The position numbers and the translations under genes were made by a program. Below, one piece after another: positions 30,264 to 40,631 of a stretch of DNA of 64,000 nt (position 1 is the stretch's first letter; every line of letters starts with the position of its first letter). A model generated the notes under the pieces. That model saw nothing but the letters and a program-made list of their open reading frames with translations, made no database searches and was not told where the DNA came from. The stretch is taken from the NCBI GenBank assembly GCA_016704485.1, contig JADJAA010000002.1, positions 945,892 to 1,009,891 of the forward strand, given 5' to 3'. Source of the DNA: Flavobacteriales bacterium (GTDB taxonomy: Bacteria; Bacteroidota; Bacteroidia; Flavobacteriales_F; PHOS-HE28).

Positions 30264-30616
30264 GCTTGAAACCCGAGGTCCTTGATCTTTGTAAATATAT
30301 CCTGTCTATTGAATGGTTTAGCGAGGAACGTATCTGCTCCTGCTTTCAGGGCATTGCTACGTTCTGAATCCATTGCGCTGATCGCGATGCAAGACGCATT
30401 CGGCATTTTTGACCTGATCTCCGGAATGAGTTGATAGCCCAGCCCATCCGGTAAGTTAACATCGAGGAAAACCGCGTCGAAATCGTGTTCCTTGATCGCT
30501 TTACGACCTTCTTCAAGCGAATAAGCAGTCGTACATTCCACACCTGTTCGTTTTAGCATTGCACACAGTAGTTCACAGATCTCGATCTCGTCGTCCACCA
30601 GCAGGACTGTGTTCAT
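30260..30616 (-). CDS. Single-domain response regulator (REC only)
   Basis: LLVDDE...FLDVNLPDG...KP receiver motifs in 118 aa. Start/stop overlap with the upstream regulator gene. Confidence 0.75.
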   Translation of the reverse strand: MNTVLLVDDEIEICELLCAMLKRTGVECTTAYSLEEGRKAIKEHDFDAVFLDVNLPDGLGYQLIPEIRSKMPNASCIAISAMDSERSNALKAGADTFLAKPFNRQDIFTKIKDLGFQA

Positions 30617-30931
30617 GGCTCTTGTTCGTATCTCAGATCGCATATAAAATCATGTTGAGCATTCCCAATGACCATTATTGGTACTAAGCGAGAACTGAGG
30701 TGGTCAACACACACATACGTTGACCGTGAATACCATGCCATCCTTTAAATGCGCGATGCTGCCCTACCTGTGGTACGACCAAGATCCGGATCGTAAATCT
30801 ATGGGTAAGAAATTCCCCGGTCGGGGAATTTCTTACATGCGGATGTATCCGCAAGAACCAGATCATGATGCGCCGGATCGAGCAGAACAACACGGCCTGA
30901 TATTTTCCTGACCTGGACAAATTAGCCCTGA

Positions 30932-32104
30932 ATGCCGGAAGTAGAAAAAAGTACGGATGAACCTTCTGAGAATAAAAAACACCGCCGCTTTCGCATCATC
31001 GCGATCATCGTTGGAATTCTACTTCTGCTTCGCATTGCACTGCCCTATGTGCTTCTCCGGGTTGCAAATGACCGTTTGAGCAAGATCCCGGGATATTACG
31101 GGCACATCGACGACCTGGATCTGGCGATCATACGCGGAGCGTATCAACTGGAGCGGTTCGATCTGCAACGTGTGGATACGGTTTCTTTAGAACGCACTCC
31201 GTTCATTGCTTCGAAGCTGATCGATATTTCCATTGAGTGGCGTGCGTTATTCAAGGGTTCTTTGGTCGGTGTGATCGAAGCGGATGAGCCGCGCCTGCGG
31301 TTCACCATTGGAGCTGCGGAACCGGAGGATGTGCAGGGAGACACCGCTACCTTGACAGATGTATTCGATGACTTCATGCCACTGAAGCTCAATCGCGTCG
31401 GCTTACGGAATGGGCGTTTGGAATATGCCGACCCGGGAGCTACACCTCCGCTGGACATGGCACTAACAGAGTTGAATGGTGAAGCATTGAACTTATCCTC
31501 GGTGATCGACAAAGCCAAGGTATTACCATCAACCATAACCGCAACGGCCACTATTTATGGAGGTGCAATGGCGTTGAACATGGGACTTGATGCCTTGAGA
31601 GATCAGCTTGCATTCGACATGGATCTAACTGTTGAGGACATTGAATTGACCCAAGTGAACGACTTTTTCCAAGCCTATGCGGATTTTGATGTGAACACCG
31701 GAAGCATGTCCGTGTATACTGAACTGGCTACGCAGGACGGAGCTTTTACCGGCTACGTTAAGCCGGTCATCAAGGACCTCGACGTTCTGGGGAAAGAAGA
31801 TCGGAAGGACAATTTCTTCCGTAAACTTTGGGAAGGGGTCGTTGGCACAGCCGCTGTGATCCTAAAGAACCAAAAGGAGAAGCAGGTTGCAACGAAGGTC
31901 CCACTTGAAGGGCGCTTGGACGACCCTCAAGTGGGAAGCTGGATCGCCATAGGCCGAACGCTAAGGAACGCGTTCATAATAGCCCTGCAACCGATTCTGG
32001 ACAAGGAGATAACGATCGGAGATCTGAACAAGGAAGTATTAGAAAAAGATGGCGGGTTCCTGAAGAATGTTTTCGGAAAGGAAGAGAACAAGGACAAGAA
32101 CTGA
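30932..32104 (+). CDS. Hypothetical membrane-anchored protein (AsmA/DUF748-like)
   Basis: N-terminal TM anchor (FRIIAIIVGILLLLRIAL), then a long soluble region with no catalytic motifs. Resembles the N-anchored DUF748/AsmA-like architecture. Confidence 0.4.
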   Translation: MPEVEKSTDEPSENKKHRRFRIIAIIVGILLLLRIALPYVLLRVANDRLSKIPGYYGHIDDLDLAIIRGAYQLERFDLQRVDTVSLERTPFIASKLIDISIEWRALFKGSLVGVIEADEPRLRFTIGAAEPEDVQGDTATLTDVFDDFMPLKLNRVGLRNGRLEYADPGATPPLDMALTELNGEALNLSSVIDKAKVLPSTITATATIYGGAMALNMGLDALRDQLAFDMDLTVEDIELTQVNDFFQAYADFDVNTGSMSVYTELATQDGAFTGYVKPVIKDLDVLGKEDRKDNFFRKLWEGVVGTAAVILKNQKEKQVATKVPLEGRLDDPQVGSWIAIGRTLRNAFIIALQPILDKEITIGDLNKEVLEKDGGFLKNVFGKEENKDKN

Positions 32105-32348
32105 CGTTCCCGCCGAAAGGGGCCCCACTGAACCGATGATCAAGTTCAGATGGTCCATAGAGCAGATGCATTCTGACCGCTGGGAACCCTATACCCCACA
32201 TCCGGGGAGAATCTTGACCATTCAAGAATTTCAGTCGATGTCCCAATCAATTAAGAACCAACGCTTTTGCATGTTGGCAAGCGATCAGCATTACGCAATA
32301 TGATAAGTGCGAACCCTGCACGCGATGAACAATAAGCTCTATTCTACA

Positions 32349-32513
32349 ATGTTACGTTCCGCACCTGTTCTGCTAACAATCGCGATCATCGCAGCTATAG
32401 TCGGGTATAGCGATCTTGGCGATGGTTCGGCGAATGTGGCGCTGATCATCTTCTTCATTGCATTGATCCTTGTGATGCTTGTATTGGTGATCGATGATAG
32501 GTCAACGAAATAA
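32349..32513 (+). CDS. Divergent DUF1328-like small membrane protein (54 aa)
   Basis: MLRSAPVLLTIAIIAAIVGYSDLGDGSANVALIIFFIALILVMLVLV is co-linear with the DUF1328 pattern of the gene at 25457. The track ORF starts 14 codons upstream. Confidence 0.45.
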   Translation: MLRSAPVLLTIAIIAAIVGYSDLGDGSANVALIIFFIALILVMLVLVIDDRSTK

Positions 32514-32515
32514 AA

Positions 32516-33157
32516 TTGAAACAGAAGAAAACGAACATGAGACACCAAAAGATCCTACTAAGCCTCACCGTTCTTACTGTACTTAGCTTAAGTTCATCAG
32601 CACAAGAAGTTTACCTCGGTGGAGGCTATAATTCGAGCAATTTACTGAAGCAAGGCGAAGAGCGCTGGACGGGCCGATCAGGTTATCAATTGGGTGCCGA
32701 TATTCGATCGGTTAATGTATGGTTTGCACAGTTCGGCGCACATCTATTGGTGCGCAACCTGAACTATTCACTGACCGGGCTCGACAGTGCTGGTGTCGTA
32801 GCATTAGGCAATACCGAATTCCGCTATACGGATAGGTCACTGCGCGTACCGTTAATGGTAGGAAGACATCTACTTAACCCTAAAGATGGATCGGCAGTGA
32901 ACGCATATTTGATGGCCGGTCCTACCGTGATCTTCCCATTAAGCACTGAGTTGAATAATAGTGCTCTGAACGTGACCACGAACGGCTCTCAATGGTATTT
33001 AGGTGCGACGGGTGGACTAACGATAAAATTCCTGTTCGTGGAAACCGGATATTCTTTTGCCATGTCCAATGTATTCAAGGGCGATACCTTCCAAACGGAT
33101 CCACGGATCAACCTATTCCATATTACCGGAGGTGTTAGACTCCGACTAGCACAATGA
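32516..33157 (+). CDS. Outer membrane beta-barrel protein (porin/OmpA-like N-terminal-domain family)
   Basis: Signal peptide ..SSSAQE. Alternating hydrophobic beta-strand pattern. C-terminal aromatic residue region (GGVRLRLAQ). Confidence 0.6.
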   Translation: MKQKKTNMRHQKILLSLTVLTVLSLSSSAQEVYLGGGYNSSNLLKQGEERWTGRSGYQLGADIRSVNVWFAQFGAHLLVRNLNYSLTGLDSAGVVALGNTEFRYTDRSLRVPLMVGRHLLNPKDGSAVNAYLMAGPTVIFPLSTELNNSALNVTTNGSQWYLGATGGLTIKFLFVETGYSFAMSNVFKGDTFQTDPRINLFHITGGVRLRLAQ

Positions 33158-33179
33158 GCAGCTTAACTCACGTCGCAAT

Positions 33180-33473
33180 GTGCGGAACTTGTTCTTCATT
33201 TCACCTAACCAAAAAAGAGTAATGGCACAGCGCAAGGATAAAGACAGCGGACTTCCGCAAACGGCAAGGTCCTCCGGACCAACTACAAACCGCAAGACCG
33301 AGCGTGGAGAGAACCAGAAAGATCCGCACGAATACGACCCAGGAGGAATGGCCGGGAAAAAAGCTGGGATCATCGAGGATCTTCAAGAAGAAGCCTGTGA
33401 ACCAGAACACAATGAATCCAAGGCGGATACTTCCACACCTAATGATCCCTCGAAAGATCCCACTCACCGTTAG
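33180..33473 (+). CDS. Hypothetical hydrophilic, disordered protein (possible stress-type protein)
   Basis: 97 aa, highly charged, no hydrophobic core. Sits in the stress-gene neighbourhood. No recognisable family. Confidence 0.25.
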   Translation: MRNLFFISPNQKRVMAQRKDKDSGLPQTARSSGPTTNRKTERGENQKDPHEYDPGGMAGKKAGIIEDLQEEACEPEHNESKADTSTPNDPSKDPTHR

Positions 33474-34227
33474 ACCATGATCCTGCTTCGTTGGTGCCAT
33501 TATTAAAACGCCATATGGTGTGCTACCGTTATCCTTGATCCGTGGATCGGGCACATCAATGATCGGATCCAGACCATCCTAGTACCATGCTGGTCTGCTT
33601 AATTTACGCGAACGAATAGCGATGGCAACTGCTGAATGATCGTGCGTTCCATCACGGACATCTTTCTCAAGTGTGGTGAGCGGTGCCGCATTCTTTCAAG
33701 CATTACCTAGAAAGTCATTGAGCTAGAATGGGCGTATACGAAAACAATTGGATCCATCGTCCTTCACGATCGATCCTTTCCACCGCTTCGAGGGACCCAG
33801 CGACCCTGCGGATATGAGCATCGTGTATGCGATCAGCTCAGATCAATTGGGAATGAAAGGGCTTATAGTTGGTGCATACGGTCCTGAGGCAGAAGCGCAT
33901 ATTCAGAAGATGGTACGTCCGCTTAAAGCCCATCACAACGTAGGTAGCACACAACCTGTATAACCAGCTGAACCGGGCAACAGTGTGATAGCCTAGGTCA
34001 CCGGTCCGTTGGGAAGTGGACCTGGGGCTCCGACCTCGTCAAAATTCCGATGATGCACTTTAGCGCATAGATCAAAACGAGTTGATCCTGATCGGAATTA
34101 TATCCATTAGCTACGCTTAATGCGGGTCGCATACACGTTGCTGCTAAGCGGTGGACATTGTTCGAATCGATCAAAAAGACCGCTATCTGATTACAAGGAT
34201 ATTATGCGTCGAGTCCAGTAAAACAAG

Positions 34228-34254
34228 AAAAGGTACCCAATCATGGGTACCCTT
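34228..34254 (-). terminator. Rho-independent terminator of the ytxH-like gene
   Basis: ggtaccca-atca-tgggtacc hairpin with an 8-bp stem. On the minus strand it is followed by TTTTCTTGTTTT. Confidence 0.55.
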
Positions 34255-34389
34255 CTATTTGTCTATGGAATGATCCAAAGCTGGCCTTGCTCTAAAGCCT
34301 TTCAATTGATCATTCACACAGAGACGGTCATGACGATACGATAGGTTCTGGTAAGAGCGCACGTGTGAGGCGCACTATCACCAGGCCGT

Positions 34390-34683
34390 TCAGTTCCTAT
34401 TGGCGGCGGAGCGGATGTTGCTCGCAGTCTCCTGAGCTTGCCCCTTCATCTCCTGTGCCGTCCCTTTTGCTTTGGATGCAAGGTCCTTGGCTTCGTCCTG
34501 AAGATCATCCAGCAACTCTTTGCCTTCATCCATCATTTCGGTTAGCCGATCTTTAAGATCCGCTCCTTTCTTTATCAATTTCTTACGAGTATTCGCACCT
34601 TTATCCGGTGCCAGTAATACTCCTAGCGCTGCTCCAGCTGCTAATGCTGCGAGCGCGATCGCTAATGTGCTTTTGTTAGACAT
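34390..34683 (-). CDS. YtxH-domain (DUF948-like) protein
   Basis: N-terminal TM (LAIALAALAAGAALGVLLAP), then a charged coiled-coil region with GKG/KG motifs. Matches the YtxH family pattern. Confidence 0.65.
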   Translation of the reverse strand: MSNKSTLAIALAALAAGAALGVLLAPDKGANTRKKLIKKGADLKDRLTEMMDEGKELLDDLQDEAKDLASKAKGTAQEMKGQAQETASNIRSAANRN

Positions 34684-35142
34684 TGTTTTGTTCTGTGTTG
34701 GTTCGCAATTACTATCTCAACCAGCGTGCCGAAAACAATTCGCCCAGCAAAGTTCTATTGTTGCTGGTTTTCATCGAACGGATGGGCATCCACGTGTATA
34801 CTGAATTCCCCGATCGTTCTTGGAATGAGAAAGGATCGACACAAACAATGAAGCACTGGCCCATCGCAGAACCATCACAATAGTTCTGTTAAGCACCCCA
34901 ATACTCTTGGACCGAACTGTACAACGTGTTAACCATTTCTCGGAACGAAAGCAGGCCGTGTACTCCTACACGGCCTGCTCTTCATAATAATTTACGGTGG
35001 TTGATGACAACTTCAATCAGTGGCCGTCCTTGTCGTGATCCACCTCTGTCTTTTGGTCGATCTTCTCAGCTTGGCGCTGGAACCAATTTCCCACGTCCTG
35101 TGACGTTTCCTGCGCTCCTTGCTTCACATCATTCCATGTTTC

Positions 35143-35469
35143 CTAGGTTGCAGCTTCCACATCGATCAGGTTCTTATCCAAGCGGGAGATCAGCTTATCC
35201 ATTTCCGACCGCTCAGCTTCCCATTTGGTACGATCTGCTTCCGTAATGGTTGGATCCTTCAACTTCTCTTCGATCCGCGTCAGTTCCACGGCCACATCCT
35301 CACGCAATTTGCGCAGATCTTTTGTGGCTTCCTCTTTTCCGATGCGCAGGTCCACCAGAGCGTTATCCACTTTGGTTCCCACCTTCGTTTCATTTTGCTC
35401 AGCCGTGCTGCAGCTTGTAACGGTAATTAGCGCACCGATCAATCCGACTATCAACAGGTGCTTTTTCAT
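35143..35469 (-). CDS. Hypothetical coiled-coil lipoprotein
   Basis: MKKHLLIVGLIGALITVTSC lipobox, then a charged helical region. Track ORF trimmed to the MKK start. Confidence 0.5.
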   Translation of the reverse strand: MKKHLLIVGLIGALITVTSCSTAEQNETKVGTKVDNALVDLRIGKEEATKDLRKLREDVAVELTRIEEKLKDPTITEADRTKWEAERSEMDKLISRLDKNLIDVEAAT

Positions 35470-35699
35470 GGCTCGTGATCTTTCCAAGGCATGTTCAGAT
35501 CAGATGCCGGAGCGCGTATCGCTGTTCCTACAGGCATGTAGAAGGTTGCATAGATCATATGTGGGAATCTTTACGGGGATTACTCTCCCTCAAACAAGGC
35601 ATTCTCTCCCCGATCAGATGCATTGTCCTTGATGCTGACTCTCGGAACTACTCTAGACTCCATGCCTGCCGAAGTCTGGCCAAGTGTTTGGAAAGGAGA

Positions 35700-36131
35700 A
35701 TGCAAACAACTCCAATGGCGATCGATCAACATACGATAGAACAAGATACCAACGGTTCATTGACCTCAGAAGGAGGCCCGCTGGACTTCACCAATTTTAT
35801 GGAAGCATCAGGACAGGACATCAAGAACTACGTTGCTGCAAATAAGGAATTATTGATCCTTACCCTAGCAGAAAAAGCCTTCAAGATGGTAGTCAAGGTG
35901 ATCCATTCCGCCATTTCGCTGATCGCACTGCTTACTATTATTCTTTTCCTCAATACGGCGTTGGCCCTATTCGTAGGTGATCTACTGAATTCGACAGCCC
36001 TCGGTTTCGTAATAGTCGCTGGTTTTTATTTGTTGTTGTACGGCGTTTACGCGTTATGGTGGAAAAACTCCGGGCACGACAAGCTGTTCCTGAATGTAAT
36101 TAACGATCTAACAGATGGAAAAGATGTATGA
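35700..36131 (+). CDS. Holin-X-like (phage_holin_3_6 / YqjE-like) membrane protein
   Basis: 143 aa from an ATG preceded by AAGGAG. A soluble N-terminus is followed by two TM helices (SAISLIALLTIILFL / GFVIVAGFYLLLYGV), as in the YqjE/holin-X family. The track ORF has an implausible 75-codon leader. Confidence 0.5.
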   Translation: MQTTPMAIDQHTIEQDTNGSLTSEGGPLDFTNFMEASGQDIKNYVAANKELLILTLAEKAFKMVVKVIHSAISLIALLTIILFLNTALALFVGDLLNSTALGFVIVAGFYLLLYGVYALWWKNSGHDKLFLNVINDLTDGKDV

Positions 36132-36456
36132 AAGGGTCGAGGATCTCAGTATTCACAAAGAAGCGCTGCAACATAAAGTGGATCGTGCAGAGGTCGCATT
36201 ATCGGACCGTTGGGTGATGATCAAATCATCCGATATACGCGGCACTCTAGTTCGGGATGCGGTGAATGATGTGCTCGTTAAGTGGAAACCTTATCGCGTG
36301 GCACACGATCTATTGAATGGAAAAGTGAATGGAGGTGCAGTTGAAATGGTTACTTCCTTGTACGCCTACACACGGCCGACTTTTTTCAAACGCTTAATGG
36401 CACAAGGTGCAGGCGCGCTTTTAGCGAGACTTTTCGGTCATTCCCGTAAGCCATAG
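36115..36456 (+). CDS. Hypothetical protein (possible YqjK-like partner of the holin-X-like gene)
   Basis: 113-aa ORF whose start overlaps the previous stop. No recognisable motifs. Confidence 0.35.
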   Translation: MEKMYERVEDLSIHKEALQHKVDRAEVALSDRWVMIKSSDIRGTLVRDAVNDVLVKWKPYRVAHDLLNGKVNGGAVEMVTSLYAYTRPTFFKRLMAQGAGALLARLFGHSRKP

Positions 36457-36535
36457 AATACTTGTGAAGAAGACCACACATTCAAGAACCGTGCAATTGG
36501 AATTCCATAAGCACATCAGCAACTTCAAATATCCT

Positions 36536-37612
36536 TTAAGGGTCTGCCAAAGGGATTACCTTGTCTGTCTTTTTCTTTAGCCAATTCAGGCCTTTATCAA
36601 CTCGTTTTGATCGTTCCTTGAAGCGCTGCGCAAAAACCAATCGCACATTTCCTACATCCCAGGAAAAGGTTCGTTGACTTGACATGAAGTACCCAATATG
36701 TTCTTGATTCAGCAGTATCCCAACAAAACGCATCCGGCTATTATAGCCCAGACCCATGCGGACCTGGCCGTGCCAACCAACACCCAAGGTTCGTTGTTTG
36801 CTGACCACGACTTCTTCCTGTATTTGTAGGAATTGTGCACTTGGACCTATACCGATGGCTCCACTTACGGTCACGAAAAAGTGTTCTTTGAATGCCTTGG
36901 TGTATGCACCGCCTCCCATTGGGCCAATATCATAGAAAGTTCCCCGTGTGATCTGTGAACTGGCATCCAATTGGTTCTGCAAAGCAGTGGGTATGATGGA
37001 TGAATCCGCTCGGACGATGTAACATGTTGCATAGCCACCGACCAGCCATGTTCCTTGCGATCGCAATTGCACGGCATCCTGATTGAAAGCTGCTCTGTAG
37101 CTGAACTTTTCAGCATTAAGGATCCGCAGCGTACTGAGCCCGATATTCACTTGACGCATATCCTCTCGGTATGGGTACGCCGTGCTTTGCTCCCAACCTA
37201 CATCGAACGGCGAACGATTGGAGATATGATAGCCACGATACGTCTGTAAGAACAAATTCGTTGACTGCTTATTGCCATGGATGTTCGCTTGGGCATCGAA
37301 ATACGTCGTTGCTCCTTTTCGTTCATCATCCTTATTCAAAAAAGGAGCCTTCACACCGATATTCAGCGTTAATTTTCTATAGCTGGCCCCCACTCCGATA
37401 TTGATCTGGCTGTTGGGCTTGAATCGTACGGATTCAGAAACAGCGTTACCACGCAGTGAAAAACTATTGTACTTATTGCTCAGGTATACTCTGATCGTCG
37501 TTCTATTCGAGAGATCCTGAACATAGTTGGCATCAATGTCCGGTTTCTTTCCTTGCGCCCTTACGGGACCCGAAACAAGCATGATCCATAATAGAAGTAC
37601 GCCTTTCCACAT
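36536..37612 (-). CDS. Hypothetical outer-membrane beta-barrel protein (DUF4421-like)
   Basis: Signal peptide (..GPVRAQ). Amphipathic beta-strand periodicity throughout. C-terminal aromatic-rich strands. Confidence 0.5.
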   Translation of the reverse strand: MWKGVLLLWIMLVSGPVRAQGKKPDIDANYVQDLSNRTTIRVYLSNKYNSFSLRGNAVSESVRFKPNSQINIGVGASYRKLTLNIGVKAPFLNKDDERKGATTYFDAQANIHGNKQSTNLFLQTYRGYHISNRSPFDVGWEQSTAYPYREDMRQVNIGLSTLRILNAEKFSYRAAFNQDAVQLRSQGTWLVGGYATCYIVRADSSIIPTALQNQLDASSQITRGTFYDIGPMGGGAYTKAFKEHFFVTVSGAIGIGPSAQFLQIQEEVVVSKQRTLGVGWHGQVRMGLGYNSRMRFVGILLNQEHIGYFMSSQRTFSWDVGNVRLVFAQRFKERSKRVDKGLNWLKKKTDKVIPLADP

Positions 37613-37768
37613 CTATTTCCTTTGCGTTCCGAATGACATACGGCATGCCGCTTTTTTTGGGGATCTGGACCTTAATGCTCAGGTGGTTCAGATATTGCAT
37701 CAAAGGACGGGCAGCTGAGTCGCACTTGAACAAAATAGTTTGGAAGCAGTTCTATTGGTATAAGAAAT

Positions 37769-38707
37769 ATGAGGTCAACATCCCTAACATCCACCAAGAC
37801 ATCCAGCACTGACCGGCTAAAGCGTTTTTGGCTTACGCTGAAAGATGCTTCGAAAGAATTCATCGCGTCCGATCCTTTTTCACAGGCAGCGACCATCGCC
37901 TACTACACTATTTTCTCCTTACCTGCTGTAATGATACTTACGATCATGGCAGCAGCATCGTTCTATGACGAAGAGTCGGTGCGCACCGCATTGTTGCATC
38001 AAGCTGGGGTCATGATCGGCCCAAGCACTGCTGAACAACTGGGCTCCATGCTACAGAATGCAGAAGTTACAGAGACCAAATGGATGGCGAAGATCATAGG
38101 GCTGGTCGCATTGGTCGTGAGTGCAGGTTCCGTATTCGCAAGCTTACAGAGTGCATTGAACAAAGTTTGGAGCGTAGAATCCAAACCGGGGAAGGCGATC
38201 CTGAAGTACATGGGCACCAGACTTCTATCCTTGGCTTTAGTGGCCTGTTTCGGATTTCTAATGCTTGTATCACTGGTTCTGGACGCGGCATTGGTAGCAT
38301 TCTCGGATCAGATCGCGCAACGGCTATCCGGCGTTACCACCATCGTCCTTTCAGTGTTGGATGTAGTGATCTCCTTCAGTATCATCACCTTGATCTTCAC
38401 GCTATTATTCAAAGTATTGCCGGATGTTAAGGTCCGCATAAAGGACGTTGTGACCGGTGCTATGCTGACCGCACTTCTCTTTACGGCGGGAAAGTATTTG
38501 ATCAGTGCCTACATCAGCTACACGAATGTTGGCGACACATATGGTGCAGCCGGAGCCATTGTAATTATTCTGGTGTGGGTCTATTACTCTACGATCATTA
38601 TGCTTTTCGGCGCACATTACACGCATGTGCATACCCGGGATCATGGTTCCGGTGTGATCGCGTCCAAGCACGCAAAACCTTTAGCAGAAACTGAAGTTGC
38701 TGCATAG
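37769..38707 (+). CDS. YihY/BrkB family inner membrane protein
   Basis: About 6 TM helices with family motifs (AATIAYYTIFSLPAV, GAHYTHV). Confidence 0.75.
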   Translation: MRSTSLTSTKTSSTDRLKRFWLTLKDASKEFIASDPFSQAATIAYYTIFSLPAVMILTIMAAASFYDEESVRTALLHQAGVMIGPSTAEQLGSMLQNAEVTETKWMAKIIGLVALVVSAGSVFASLQSALNKVWSVESKPGKAILKYMGTRLLSLALVACFGFLMLVSLVLDAALVAFSDQIAQRLSGVTTIVLSVLDVVISFSIITLIFTLLFKVLPDVKVRIKDVVTGAMLTALLFTAGKYLISAYISYTNVGDTYGAAGAIVIILVWVYYSTIIMLFGAHYTHVHTRDHGSGVIASKHAKPLAETEVAA

Positions 38708-38771
38708 GATCTGCATTCAAGGTTCGTTTGCATCTACTCTATTGACATGCTTGCGATACGCTCTCCGATGA

Positions 38772-40340
38772 TCACATCGTAGCGAACCCAGGCAGCATAC
38801 TTGCCTTGGCACCTTCGCGCAAGCCGGACCAGAGGTAATTGAAAACACTTCGGTCCCTATGTCGCTCGAATTCATAATCCACCCAGCCATCACCTTCCTT
38901 AGCCCCTGTTCGGTCTCCTTTTACCAACAGGTTCAGAAGTGCAGATAAGGCTACGTTCTGCTTTTCTTTATTCTTCTTGGATTGCACATCGAGCTTCAGA
39001 TCACTGTAGCGCATCCAAATTCTCGCAGCGGCCTGGCGTTCTGAGCCATTCATGTATAGGGTGATCGAGTTGATGTGGCCTTGAGGTGTGCGAACCCCGG
39101 ACATTGCAGCCGTTGTTGCCATTAGATCGGAGAACGGCAAACGACCCAGTTCAGCTTTCAGCTTGATGGCATTCGTACTGTCGGACACATTCGTGCTGAG
39201 TGAAAGCTCCACAGGTGTGTCCTGGAACACTAGGGATGTTGCGTTGATCTCCATGTCCTCCTTCATTGCTGGCTCATTCCTAACGTTAACGACCGTTCCA
39301 TTAAGTTCATGGAACGGAAATTTCGCGAATGGCCTGCTTGCATCATTTCGTTCGTGATACGTGATATTAAAGTTTGCGACCGAGATGGTATCGATGCCGC
39401 AATTCATGGGAAGTTTCCTGATCAGCACAGCAGGTAAGGGTTTCACCTTGTAAGCTTCATCGGGTCGCAACTTATCACGCACTACTTCGATCGTTGCGCC
39501 TGCCAAGCGCAGCTTTTGATGCCTCCAAGGCTTTTTAAAGTCCATGAACATCTGGTCGTCCAAGCCTGCGATACTGATCGAATCAATTTGCATGGAGATA
39601 ATGTCCCTTTCGATCGGAACCTTTTTCGCCAATTCCTCCAGATCATCCATCGGCCCGGCCCTAAGACCAGTGATAGAGGCCGTATGCAATTTCCCATCAA
39701 TGGCAATCCGGTCCACATCGAGGTCACCATCCATAAAGGGAGATACATGACCTTCCTTTAGATCAGCAGATATACTTGACCAAGAAAAACGCACTGGAGC
39801 ATCCTGGCTCCACTTGGATACCGCAAAGTCCTCACAATCTATTGCTGCATCGGCAAGCCGGATCACCATTCCATCGGCCAGCGTAACCTGGACCTTTGAT
39901 GCATGAATTGAAACAACGTCCACGATCAATACCCCGTATGGTTTCTCTTTCGTTGTGGTATCCGTTCCACCATAATCTCTTTGGTGGATCGCGGCTTCTG
40001 AGAATGTCACGACCGCTTCTTTGAAGTGAAGCTTTTTCTTTGAGAACCAATCGATATAGGACATTCCGCTCAATTGCAGTGTATCCAGATCTCCGACAAT
40101 GCTTGAACCCGACGCACTATCGGTGCGTTGGATCGCACTGATCCGTGTTAAGCGAACATCGCCACTCGCAATCTCAAGATCTACTTTGAGCTCGTTACAA
40201 TTGTGATAGTATTGCTCATCCTGAATAAGCTTGCAGATCTCCGTGCGGATCAAGTTCTCCAGATACAGGTCGACTCCAACATAGGCCAATACGAGGAGCG
40301 CTACAAAACCTAATAAATAGTAGATCGAATGCCTTTTCAT
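38772..40340 (-). CDS. Hypothetical N-anchored large protein (AsmA/DUF748-like)
   Basis: N-terminal TM (YYLLGFVALLVLAYVGV) plus a 500-aa soluble region. Same architecture as 30932..32104. No catalytic motifs. Confidence 0.4.
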   Translation of the reverse strand: MKRHSIYYLLGFVALLVLAYVGVDLYLENLIRTEICKLIQDEQYYHNCNELKVDLEIASGDVRLTRISAIQRTDSASGSSIVGDLDTLQLSGMSYIDWFSKKKLHFKEAVVTFSEAAIHQRDYGGTDTTTKEKPYGVLIVDVVSIHASKVQVTLADGMVIRLADAAIDCEDFAVSKWSQDAPVRFSWSSISADLKEGHVSPFMDGDLDVDRIAIDGKLHTASITGLRAGPMDDLEELAKKVPIERDIISMQIDSISIAGLDDQMFMDFKKPWRHQKLRLAGATIEVVRDKLRPDEAYKVKPLPAVLIRKLPMNCGIDTISVANFNITYHERNDASRPFAKFPFHELNGTVVNVRNEPAMKEDMEINATSLVFQDTPVELSLSTNVSDSTNAIKLKAELGRLPFSDLMATTAAMSGVRTPQGHINSITLYMNGSERQAAARIWMRYSDLKLDVQSKKNKEKQNVALSALLNLLVKGDRTGAKEGDGWVDYEFERHRDRSVFNYLWSGLREGAKASMLPGFATM

Positions 40341-40631
40341 ACTTTAAGATGGGTGGGTCTAATTATACGGTTACCGAGAATTATGCTACAACAGGTGGTC
40401 TAAATAAAAGACCGGACATAGTGTATTTGGATCATCATTTTCATTAAAACTCTGAGCAATCTACGCATCGAACCCAACACTAACAGTAAGTGCGATAACG
40501 ATGATCTGTAAATAGTTCACGGGTCCTTCGTTCAGATAGCACTTTGAAGCGTGTAAAGTGAATGGAATTCACATGTCCAAGACCCATCTCGATGCCACTA
40601 CTTGAGCGGGATCTTTGCGTAAGATCTCACC

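Noticed and set aside
34140-34180. tRNA-like T-arm (GTTCGAATC) near 34160
   Set aside because: The flanking bases do not form a T-stem, and no acceptor or anticodon arms could be built. I found no tRNA, rRNA, tmRNA, RNase P or SRP RNA signatures anywhere in the window by eye.
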